Source: Eledone cirrhosa
Lineage: Eukaryota
DNA length: 64,000 bases
NCBI GenBank assembly: GCA_964016885.1
Contig: OZ024743.1
Span: forward strand, 77,128,001 to 77,192,000
Direction: 5' to 3'
Made by a program: the position numbers and the translations under genes. Shown piece by piece: positions 52,851-64,000 of the stretch (position 1 is the first letter of the stretch; each line of letters begins with the position of its first letter). The notes under the pieces were generated by a model. That model was not told where the DNA came from. It ran no database searches and saw nothing but the letters and a program-made list of their open reading frames with translations.

Positions 52851-54150
52851 GTCCATTTCACCCCAATCCAGCAGCTACTTACGTGGTTTGCTAAAGAGCA
52901 TTTTTAGAATTATTAAAAAAATGCTTTTGTTGAGCCTGGTAATTCATGAGGCCAGAGCCTCTCCTGGTAGTATGTGGTGTTAAGTAACTGAGAGTACAAA
53001 ACTATCCTCTAGCCTTGGCAAGGTAACCCCTGCCACCAATTGTCACTGGTACACATATTTTTAGCTAGGTGGACATGTCAACCCTTATTAGATAGACCTC
53101 TCGTGTCAATAGGCGGCGAATTGTCAGAACACTTTGTGGTATTCATTCCAGCTCTCTGAGTTCAAATCCTGCCGAGGTTAACTTTGCCTTTCGAGGTCGA
53201 TAAAAAAAAGTACCAGTCTAGTACTGGTGTCTATTCTTCCTCTACATCTCTTTCTCTTTTCTTCTCTCTCACACTTTCCATCTTTCTCTGGAAGAAATCT
53301 GCTGTACTCAGGCCTGGGAAGGGATGGGCTCCGCCAGGCTTAAAAAATGCCCAAGAAATGCTGTATGCTGCCTCTACGACTCTATCAGGAGTTATGGGGC
53401 CATACATACTTGTGTCAACCCTGATTAGACAGACTTCTCATCAAAGACATTCTCACTATGGCAATTCTTTTTTTTTTTCTCTTAGAAGTATCTAGAACTA
53501 TATTATGTTGGTCCCACTCTTGCAAGCAGAGAAAAGCGTACATAAAATGATGATGATATTTATCTTTTACCTTTTTAAAGGCAATAGCATGTTATTTGAA
53601 GGAGATTTGGTTGCTATACCCAGCAGGTTGACCAACCACATAGAGATTCCTTCATTGGCTAATGACTGTGTTAATCCATCCCTGGATTTAGCACCCTTAT
53701 ATATATATATATTTATCATCAGACCAGGTCTCCAATGTAAGAATAACTTTCCAGTAGTTTCAGAGCTCCCTAAAAAGTGTCTTGGCCTTAACAACCAGGT
53801 ATTAAATTAATGAGTATTGATTGGGTCAGGAATTCACGTGTCGTTGCAGGTTGACATTTTGTCTGTGGATAAGGTATTTATTATTACTTGCTTCAGTTGT
53901 TGTCTACTTGATCAAGTCAACTGTGATCAAACAAAACTATGATTAAAAACATTCCAGCTTTAAAACCTCTCCTCTTTTATTCAATCATAATGTATGCAAG
54001 ACTAAGAGACCCCCTTTTTATAGCTGGTTGGGTGATGATATACTGGCTCCTTCACTTGATTCAGTTTATCTTACTGATAGATATATACTAGCATTTTTTT
54101 ACGAAGTTACCTGTAATGTGTCATATCCTAGGAGCAATTCAACCTTAGGT

Positions 54151-54706
54151 TACTCACAGGTCCCAAATAATAGGGGTGGGGTGGAATAAGCAGGGAGGGG
54201 GTTTGGTTGGAAAATCTATACATTTTCTAGGTTGGCTTCCTTGATTTAAAAAAAAAAAAAAAACAGAATTAGTTGTTTAGTTTACATATTGAAACCCCAG
54301 CCTATCATATTTATTTTATAACATGGGATTTCTAGTAATGTACTTTTTGTTATCATCATCATTGTTTAACGTCCATCTTCTACTCTAGCATGGGTTAGAC
54401 GGTTTTGTTCCATTTGATGCGGGAATGGTCGGGAGACCATGTCTCGCTCTCACGGAAGCGTCTCTGGCAGGTTTTTCTTTTTACACCTGGATGCCCTTCC
54501 TAACACCAACCACATTTACAGTGTGGACTGGGTGCCTTTTCACCGTGTCTCCTACATACCCACCTTACAGTGTATAATGTTTTTTAATGTATAAATAAAA
54601 TTAATTGTTGCAGGAATGCTACCACTTAAAATAAAATTTCACCGGAGATAGATTAGGAAAATTTAATAAGTGGTGGGTGTGAGCGATTATTTGAGACCCG
54701 AGTGTA
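54151..54706. mobile_element. MITE family M with a nested RTE tail (about 54350-54575)
   Basis: TA-CTCACAGGTCCCAAATAA ... TTATTTGAGACCCGAGTG-TA. Confidence 0.75.
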
Positions 54707-55416
54707 CGCACCAACCTTAAATTCCTGTGGTTTATGAAAAAAAAAAATAACAATCTATGCTGATCAACTATCAATAAATAATCTAATATTTTATTAGTGC
54801 AGGATTTTATTATTAAGCCTACTATCATATTTATTGTAATAAAGAAGATCAATTATTATAGGATTTAATTTGTAGTTTATTGATTTTTTTTTCCTTTCTG
54901 ACTTGTTATTTACATTGACAAACTGCCAAAAAAGAACTGCTTGCTTGTTGCTTCTGTCATTGTGTATATATATAGTGTAGGATGTCTGTTTTAGTTCCAA
55001 TTTAAACATTAACTACAAGCAAACAAGCATTGTTTCATTACTTTATGTGGATTCTCACCGAGCATAAAATTAGTCACTATTTCTGCTGTTTTAACATGTC
55101 AACATTTTCTATTATGTAAACTGAGAATATAATATAAAAATCTAGGTGAATTGGCAGAATTGTATTAGGCAAACTGCCTTGAAGCACTTATGACACTGTT
55201 TTAAACTTGAAATCCTGCCATAGTTAACCTTTTTTTTATCTTTCTAGCAAAGATAAAATATTAGTGAAATACTGGAGTCAGTATAACTGTACACCACCCC
55301 CTCTAAAGTAGGGTGCAATAAATAGAATTTGAATAAATTGAATTGAATAATTTTACTTTTTATTCAAGTTGAGAGTAAATTTAATGATCAAGTTAATCAT
55401 AATGGTTTCTACATTT

Positions 55417-55778
55417 AAGCACCCAGTCCACACTGTAAAGTTGTCATGCAGGTGTCACAACAAAAAACACCCAGTCCACACTGTAAAGTGGTCATGCAGG
55501 TGTCACAACAAAAAACACCCAGTCCACACTGTAAAGTGGTCATGTAGGTGTCACAATAAAAAGCACCCAGTCCATACTGCAAAGTGGTTATGTAGGTATC
55601 ACAACAAAAAGCACCCAGTCCATACTGTAAAGTGGTTGACATTAGGAAGGACATTCAGCTGTAGAAACCAAGCCAAATCCAGGTTTGTATGAAAAAGTCA
55701 GTCATCTGATCTGGCTTATCTCGCAACAGGACAACTCGTCTAACCCATGCTTGTCCGGAAAAATGATGATGATGATGT
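55417..55778 (+). mobile_element. RTE-type tail with five tandem 48-bp modules
   Basis: acccagtcca at 55421, 55469, 55517, 55565 and 55613; then ttaggaagg...gctgtagaaa and (GAT)n. Confidence 0.85.
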
Positions 55779-56097
55779 ATAATGTATTTGTAAATTTCTA
55801 AGAGATCAATCAAATAATTTACTCTTACACTATAGAAAATATTTTGTTGAATTTATTTCATGATTGTCACCTGACCCAACTTACCTCAAATGGGACGATC
55901 TGTCTAACCTATGTTAGCATGGAAAATGGACGTTAATGATGACACGTTCCTTATTTATTAAAAATTATGAATTACATAAAATTATTGGAATAATTGTGAA
56001 CATTTCTGTAAAAATATTCTAACATTTCACTGCACCCTCTCCCATATTCTCTTAGACATTTTAACATGACCCCCCCCTCTCTCTCTCTCTCTCATAT

Positions 56098-58483
56098 GTT
56101 ATAGTATAGCTACACATAGTATTGTATTATAGTATAGCTACACATTGTATTATAGTATAGCTAGACATTGTATTATAGTATAGCTACACATTGTATTATA
56201 GTATAGCCAGACATTGTATTATATTATATTGATTTCTTTATTAGCCACAAGGGCGCAACAAGAAAGGGGACAATACAAAGACATGCCGGGGATTTTACAT
56301 ACAGTCGTGTAAAAAATATAAAAACAAACAATTTCAACAATCGAAATCCCCAATAGGGGGGAGGCGCCACAAATGGGTTGTTTAATACCCCGTCGATAGA
56401 ATAACCCTCAACTCAAGGAGCGTGTTGTGCAAGTGCTCCTTTCTTCCTTTTGCTCTCTTCCTCAACCTACAGGCTTATAAACAGAGAAGGCCCAATCACT
56501 CGGGCCATTTTCGCTTCATTCACCCACCTTTCAGTAAATTTACTGGGGTGCAGTGCCTTTCTCTCCACCCTGATTCTCCTTCTAAAGTGATACTTAAAGA
56601 ATGGAATCAATTGTTGTCCGGAGAGAAAGGCATCTGTCCTCAGTCCTCTCAACCTCGTCCACCATATAACTTCTTTCACCATAGCCACCGTACAGAGGAA
56701 AACCGCCTCTCTTTCGTTTTTGAAAGAGTCTGGCGGTTTGATCCTTACTATGGATTCGGCAGTCAACTGTATTTGTCCCATACGCGACAGCAGTTGTTCT
56801 GCATAGTTCCACAGGTCGCTTACGCCCGGGCAGTGTACAATTGCGTGCAGAACTGTTTCAATGTCCTGCGCACATCTTGGACACGTCCTCTTGGAAGGAT
56901 CCCTGCCAGGGCGTCCGTGCCTGTAGATCTTGTCACGAACCGGTAGAGCTCCTCGGTAGCACTGCCAGGCCAGGGACCTCTGGAAGTTGTCCATAGGTCC
57001 CGGGCGGAAAGTCCTACCAAACATACTGGTGAGCTCATCGTCTTCGACGCCCAGAGTCTCTCCGAGCACGTCGTCGCCCTTGTAACGTACAATCCCTCTA
57101 TAGAATGTCGAAGTGGAGTATCCACTGATTGCTGCGCCCGCTTGCCAGAGGATTGTATTATATTATATTATAGTATAGCTAGACATTGTATTATAGTATA
57201 GCTAGACATTGTATTATAGTATAGCTAGACATTGTATTATAGTATAGCTAGACATTGTATTATAGTATAGCTAGACATTGTATTATAGTATAGCTACATA
57301 TTGTATTATAGTAGAGCTAGACATTGTATTATAGTAGAGCTAGACATTGTATTATAGTATAGCTAGACATTGTATTATAGTATAGCTAGACATTGTATTA
57401 TAGTACAGCTAGACATTGTATTATAGTATAGCCAGACATTGTATTATATTATATTATAGTATAGCTAGACATTGTATTATAGTATAGCTAGACATTGTAT
57501 TATAGTATAGCTAGACATTGTATTATAGTATAGCTAGACATTGTATTATAGTATAGCTACACATTGTATTATAGTATAGCCAGACATTGTATTATATTAT
57601 ATTATAGTATAGCTAGACATTGTATTATAGTATAGATAGACATTGTATTATAGTATAGCTAGACATTGTATTATAGTATAGCTACATATTGTATTATAGT
57701 AGAGCTAGACATTGTATTATAGTATAGCTAGACATAGTATTATAGTATAGCTAGACATTGTATTATAGTATAGCTAGACATTGTATTATAGTATAGCTAG
57801 ACATTGTATTATAGTATAGCTAGACATTGTATTATAGTATAGCTAGACATTGTATTATAGTATAGCTAGACATTGTATTATAGTATAGCTAGACATTGTA
57901 TTATAGTATAGCTAGACATTGTATTATAGTATAGCTAGACATTGTATTATAGTATAGCTAGACATTGTATTATAGTATAGCTAGACATTGTATTATAGTA
58001 TAGCTAGACATTGTATTATAGTATAGCTAGACATTGTATTATAGTATAGCTAGACATTGTATTATAGTATAGCTAGACATTGTATTATAGTATAGCTAGA
58101 CATTGTATTATAGTATAGCTAGACATTGTATTATAGTATAGCTAGACATTGTATTATAGTATAGCTAGACATTGTATTATAGTATAGCTAGACATTGTAT
58201 TATAGTATAGCTAGACATTGTATTATAGTATAGCTACACATTGTATTATAGTATAGCTACACATTGTATTATAGTATAGCTACACATTGTATTATAGTAT
58301 AGCTAGACATTGTATTATAGTATAGCTACACATAGTATTGTATTATAGTATAGCTAGACATTGTATTATAGTATAGCTAGACATTGTATTATAGTATAGC
58401 TAGACATTGTATTATAGTATAGCTACACATTGTATTATAGTATAGCTACACATAGTATTGTATTATAGTATAGCTCGACATTA
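56098..58483. repeat. 23-bp minisatellite (about 60 copies) interrupted by a LINE fragment
   Basis: Unit agacattgtattatagtatagct. Confidence 0.96.
56231..57151 (-). mobile_element. 5'-truncated L1/Tx1-clade LINE 3' end
   Basis: ORF 56467-57069: SLAWQCYRGALPV...CPRC-x8-H-x4-C (CCHC, zf-RVT-like), IWWTR; AATAAA near the 3' end; 18-bp TSD attgtattatattatatt at 56213-56230 and 57152-57169. Confidence 0.85.
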
Positions 58484-59311
58484 TGTACCAAGTCAAGAGT
58501 ACTCAAACTATACGGTCATATAAAAAGATCAACTCGTGGTGTGAGTAGGTTATGCCTGGAAGGAAGGTTGGTTGGTTAGAGAAGTAGAGGCCGGCAGCCA
58601 AAACAATGGCTTGACAATGTCAACTTATGGATTGGACTTGATCTTTGCTCTTTGAACTCTGCTGCTGGTGATCGAACTTTGTGGAGAGAGATATCACATG
58701 TTAATGCACAGTCTGCAACTGGCGGAGTTTAGCGTTACAAGAGAGAGACATACTAAAGTGTAATAACCACCAATCATATAAAATAGTTCTGTACTATTAT
58801 TCTATGACTGTAGTTGGCAAGCAACAAATGTTAAAATACCTTTACAGAAATATTCACAATTATTCCAATAATTTTATGTAATTTATAATTTTTAATAACT
58901 GGTTCCAGCCTTATTTTCACTTCAGTATGTTTTATTTTTTAATGTATGTATTTGAAAGTGAGAGAAAATAAGCAACTTTTGCTCCTAGTTATACTGTCAC
59001 TATAAAACTGTTTTTATTATTTCATAACTTCATAAACATTTCAGTTATAATATTGCTGGAAAAGGATGTGAAGCTTTTAATATTTGTTTTTTCAGATTTA
59101 ATAGAATCTGTGAATAGATGTGGTTTCATGTCAAACACTAGAAATAGTTAATGTTTTAGAATATTTGAAAAGGAATTCAGATCATTATGAAATATCATAT
59201 GAAGTCTCTCTCTCTCTCACTCTCTGAGATAGAGAGGAGTGACTTCAATGGTTCTTGGATAGGGATTCAAAATATTTCCAAAATTTTGGTTGTACCTTTG
59301 TACGAAGGTCA

Positions 59312-59435
59312 TACGGTCTGAGTTCAAATCCCGTCGAGGTTAACTTTGCCTTTCATCCTTACGGGGTTGATAAAATAAAGTACCAGTAATGCACTGGGTA
59401 ATTGCTGGCCTTGTGCCAAATGTAAAAACAATTAT
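59312..59435 (+). mobile_element. Truncated SINE family A
   Basis: gagttcaaatccc box B plus family A body. Confidence 0.85.
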
Positions 59436-60084
59436 TGGTCTACTTTAGTAAGTTGAAGTATTATATTTATTCCAGTTCATAATAGGCCATCCAGATACAA
59501 TATGTTCATGAAACTACCTAAATTTGTAAACTTATTCAACTTAACCATCATGGAGAACTAAAAACAAAATATATAGGTGAGCTTTTATTCTAGGATTTTG
59601 TTTGTTTTTTTGTATAGACATATTTTTTAATATGAATTTTACAGTTGACTTATGTATTCGATAACACCAAAAGAAAGAACATTTTCCGAAACCAATAGCT
59701 ATAAGATCTTCTATTTTAGTTAAGCATTTTGAAAGCAATTCATTTCTTCTTTTTGCTAGTCAACGACTATATTGGTGCAAATCCCCCCCAAAAATGTTGC
59801 ATTAAGAAATAGAGCATTTGGTCATTGTAAGGTAAATACTACTACTTTTTTTGTGAATATTTTTTCTTAAATTCTAACATTTAAACCCCTAGACATTCCC
59901 TCACCACTAGCAACTAATACCACTAATAAAAGATGTGTGAAATTTTCCCAAACCAATATTTTATTTGTATAATTTAAATACTAAAAATGCACAAAATTAT
60001 TTTAAAATTTCTAACTTCCTAAAGTGGCAATATTTTGAAGTATTAAAAACTATTGAGCTGAGAAGTTTGTATGAAATTGTATTG

Positions 60085-60255
<171 letters not shown>

Positions 60256-61089
60256 AGAAAAAACTACAGCAAGGCTATTGCTGACGCTAGACAAATTATA
60301 AATCTTCAAAATATTGCAGACTTTATTCTAGATAACCTAACCATTGCATGTTTTTAATATTCCACCTAACCAATAAATGCATGATCATGTGATCTGTAAA
60401 TGTCCTAAAATATTTTCCTTTAACACCCAGGAATTGAGACTGACCCTCTTGAAGTCTTTACTAAAATCAATGAATTGTCTATATAACAAGACTATTTTGT
60501 GTAGTAAACTTGAGTTTTATGAAATATGTTAGTAGAGATCAACAAATATGAAATAAATAACTTCCGCAATCAAATGAGTTACAAACCACAGCCACTATCA
60601 TTTGTATCAATATAAAGAAATTATTTCTCCTTTTAAAGCATAACTTCTGAATAATACTTATTGACCGTAGCTCGCTGACAGCTAACCTTTATGAAGACTT
60701 GCTGGTATGGTAGCTGTAACAAAAATCTATTTTAAGCTTTGCATAAACAATTTTTTCTGTTGTAAGCAAATAACTTTTTTTTTTTTCTTATGGATAGAAG
60801 AATTAATATTGGATAAATATTAGTTGAATGAGGCTTAATTGTATTCTTGTTTCAAGAAGGACATTGAATAATGTGGTGAATGTTTGGCCCAACTAAATTG
60901 ATGATGAATAATCATGGTAAATGCACACATGCTATCATATCTCATGCTACCACAGAAATCTTGGATATTAAAGTAATCTTCTTTGCGTATGACATATTCA
61001 CAGTAGAGAGGCAGGTTGAGACCAAGGTGTCATTTATAGTATTATGGATTACCTCCGGGCCACTGGGAAAACATTTGAGGGGTCAATCC

Positions 61090-62060
61090 TGAACAACATA
61101 CAGTACTGACTGGTCAGGGTCCCACAGTCACATGCAGTACTGTCTAGTCAGTCCCCACAGTAACATACAGTACTGTCTGGTCAAGGTCCCCACAGTAATA
61201 TACAGTACTGTCTGGTCAGGGTCCCCACAGTAACATACGGTACTGTCCAGTCAGGGTCTCCACAGTACTGTCTGGTCAGGGTCCCCACAGTAACATACAG
61301 TACTGTCTAGTCAAGGTCCCCACAGTAACATACAGTACTGTCTAGTCAGGGTCCCCCCACAGTAACATACAGTACTGTCTGGTCAGGGTCCCCACAGTAC
61401 TGTCTAGTTAGGGTCTCCACAGTAACATACAGTACTGTCTAGTCAGGGTCCCCACAGTAACATACAGTACTGTCTAGTCAGGGTCCCCACAGTAACATAC
61501 AGTACTGTCTGGTCAGGGTCCCCACAGTACTGTCTAGTCAGGGTCTCCACAGTAACATACAGTACTGTCTAGTCAGGGTCCCCACAGTAACATACAGTAC
61601 TGTCTAGTCAGGGTCCGTACTGTCTAGTCAGGGTCCCCACAGTAACATACAGTACTGTCTGGTCAGGGTCCCCACAGTAACATACAGTACTGTCTAGTCA
61701 GGGTCCCCACAGTAACATACAGTACTGTCTAGTCAGGGTCCCCACAGTAACATACAGTACTGTCTAGTCAGGGTCCCCACAGTAACATACAGTACTGTCT
61801 AGTCAGGGTCCCCACAGTAACATACAGTACTGTCTAGTCAGGGTCCCCACAGTACTGTCTGGTCAGGGTCCCCCACAGTAACATACAGTACTGTCTAGTC
61901 AGGGTCCCCACAGTAACATAGAGTACTGTCTAGTCAGGGTCCCCACAGTAACATACAGTACTGTCTGGTCAGGGTCCCCACAGTAACATACAGTACTGTC
62001 TGGTCAGGGTCTCCACAGTAACATACAGTACTGTCTAGTCAGGGTCCCCACAGTAACATG
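61090..62060. repeat. 35-bp minisatellite with 25-bp deletion variants
   Basis: cagtactgtctagtcagggtccccacagtaacata; variants lack cagtaacata. Confidence 0.95.
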
Positions 62061-64000
62061 CTGGACTGTCTTTCATTTCCCATTGATGGAAATGATTGGC
62101 TGTCCTGGCATGTGTGGATCTGATTAAGGGACACCTGTTGCTTTCTGGAAAGGTCAAAGATGGCTGGTTTAGATGTGGCAGTTCAGGACAAGATTTTGGT
62201 TAGCAGTAATATGTTAAAATAATAATAATGTTGAAGAAATCCATACTAATAATGAGATATAATCTATAAATTGATAAAAAACAGCCCTGACTACTCTTCT
62301 TTTTATTTGATTTAGTTAGCTTATGTTGTCTTGTGTAAGACTAATTTCTAGCTTTTGGTTGATTTTAGTTTCCAACATTACAAACATTCAGAATAGATAA
62401 GATGTTGATATACTGATTCCTATCTGTTTTGACCTCCTTGTATCATTGATGCCAGTCAGTATTAACGGAAATGGTTTCTTACAAGAGACCTGTTCAAATT
62501 CTAACTAATGACTCAGAAAGAAAGCTAACTTTCTATTCAGCAGTGTTTGGTCTTACAGATGGATGAAAGCTTCTGCATGTCATTGGTAACTTATCTAAGC
62601 TGGTTGAAGCTTTACCTGTCCATGATGACCAATTTCAAGTTGGACAGTGTTCCCTTGGTCAGGTGATTAGCCTGGTCCATTGGCAAGTATCAAGGTGGAA
62701 TTTGAACATAACAGGCAAAGAGCCAGAAAAGATAGCACAAGTCATCTCATTCATTGCTCTCACAATTCTGTTGGCTTCAGCAAGATATATAATTATATTG
62801 TAAGATACAAGACTGAATACTGGAAGGTATTCTATCAACTCATAAGCCTGTATTTTGCATAAGCCTGTATTTTGTTCTCGTATTTCATTGGAGATCTATC
62901 CTCAACCAAACAAAGAATGAATACTAGAAACTCTCATGAGGATATGAATTACCAACTGGGTTCCCTGTGGGAATTGAAATATCATTTAGCAGCAACCCAT
63001 AAATATTGATCTTCCCAGTTACACCCGTCTTTAATACCTTGATAAAGTCTATCATAAAGAATCAGACTCATTAGATATTTCTTTCTACTTTACACTAATG
63101 TCCTTTAATTATGCTTCGACTGTAATTCTTCCAGCTTCTATTAATAGTAGTTTCTTCTTCTCCAGAGCACATATCTAATACTGTTGTGACTTAGATGGTG
63201 CTAGATACTCTTAACTAGACTCACTCTTCCAGCCTTCCATCTGGATATTAACAGAAAAAAACTTCTAGTTAGAAATTCCACTTAATTGTTACTATCCATA
63301 AAGTCTAGAGGGGCTCAAAAGAACTATTAGCTCTGACCTGTTCTTTAATTAACTAGTGAACTATTGTCAAAATATTATTCTTCCAAGAAATCTGCTGTCT
63401 TGTTGGTTTGGCCCATAAAGTCTATCCAGTGATTCTTTCCAGAAACATTGTAACTACATGCCCATAATATTGGAGCTGTGATCTCTCCGTTTGGAAAAGT
63501 AGCGGCTCTACCTGGAGCAACTCTCTGATTTTTATCAATTCCTTTATAAAATGAAATAAATAGATAAAAATGCTTTCCTACTTAAAAGAAATTGATTTCT
63601 CACTTTTAAAAATTGATTGAAAGAAAATTTCCAGAATAACAGCAAAGTAAAGTTTAGTATGTTTGATCAATGCTTGTTATGTTAACAGTACATTTCAACA
63701 TTGTTAAAGATATATTAAACATCGTTAAAGATATGTTCAGCTGTGTTCAATATATCTAGATTACTGCTGAGATTGCATTTGTCTTTCATTCATTAAGAGT
63801 TGCTTTATATTTCATCCTTTCAAAGACTAAAACAATACCAGTAATATAATCAGCTACACCTCTTTCATTTTCTAGTTTTTAAATATCTAAATACTTCAAC
63901 TATTGTACCATTTAGATTTTGAATCAATGTTACCAGAATTTAGGTCAGCCTATCTGTATTGGCATGCTAGTGAATTATACTCTCCTAACTAATGTCATAC

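Noticed and set aside
55417-55640. Regularly spaced repeats resembling a CRISPR array (also 24350-24640, 52380-52740, 61090-62060)
   Set aside because: Units are contiguous with no unique spacers, there are no cas genes, and the context is eukaryotic. The 48-bp and 68-bp units derive from retroelements.
60555-60600. Twister-like start (TAACTTCCGC...GTTACAAACC)
   Set aside because: No downstream GGAG/GG strand to close P2 or the pseudoknots.

Overview
AT-rich eukaryotic, repeat-dominated DNA. The mix of huge (TA)n-type arrays, RTE LINEs and tRNA-derived SINEs suggests a cephalopod/octopus-like genome, but this is an inference. No host protein-coding gene is recognisable; there is one candidate 123-nt exon at 1381-1503. 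All long real ORFs belong to non-LTR retrotransposons: an uninterrupted RTE-clade APE-RT ORF carrying an embedded C4HC3 PHD finger (10849-13898, plus at least four sister copies, all embedded in TA-rich arrays), a CR1/L2-like APE-RT ORF cut by a 200-N gap (5606-7911), and a Tx1/L1-like 3' end with an 18-bp TSD inside a 23-bp minisatellite. The window also holds several SINE families (one with an RTE-derived tail), piggyBac-, Tc1/mariner- and hAT-like MITEs, a small Helitron and many minisatellites. The least expected signal is a set of minimal type-I hammerhead ribozyme motifs. Two have a complete catalytic core and face each other at 27975-28080 (+) and 28290-28354 (-), and about eight are degenerate. 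Together they point to Penelope-like or retrozyme termini scattered through the region. Most ORFs in the supplied track are microsatellite artefacts. Repeat boundaries are read by eye and are approximate.
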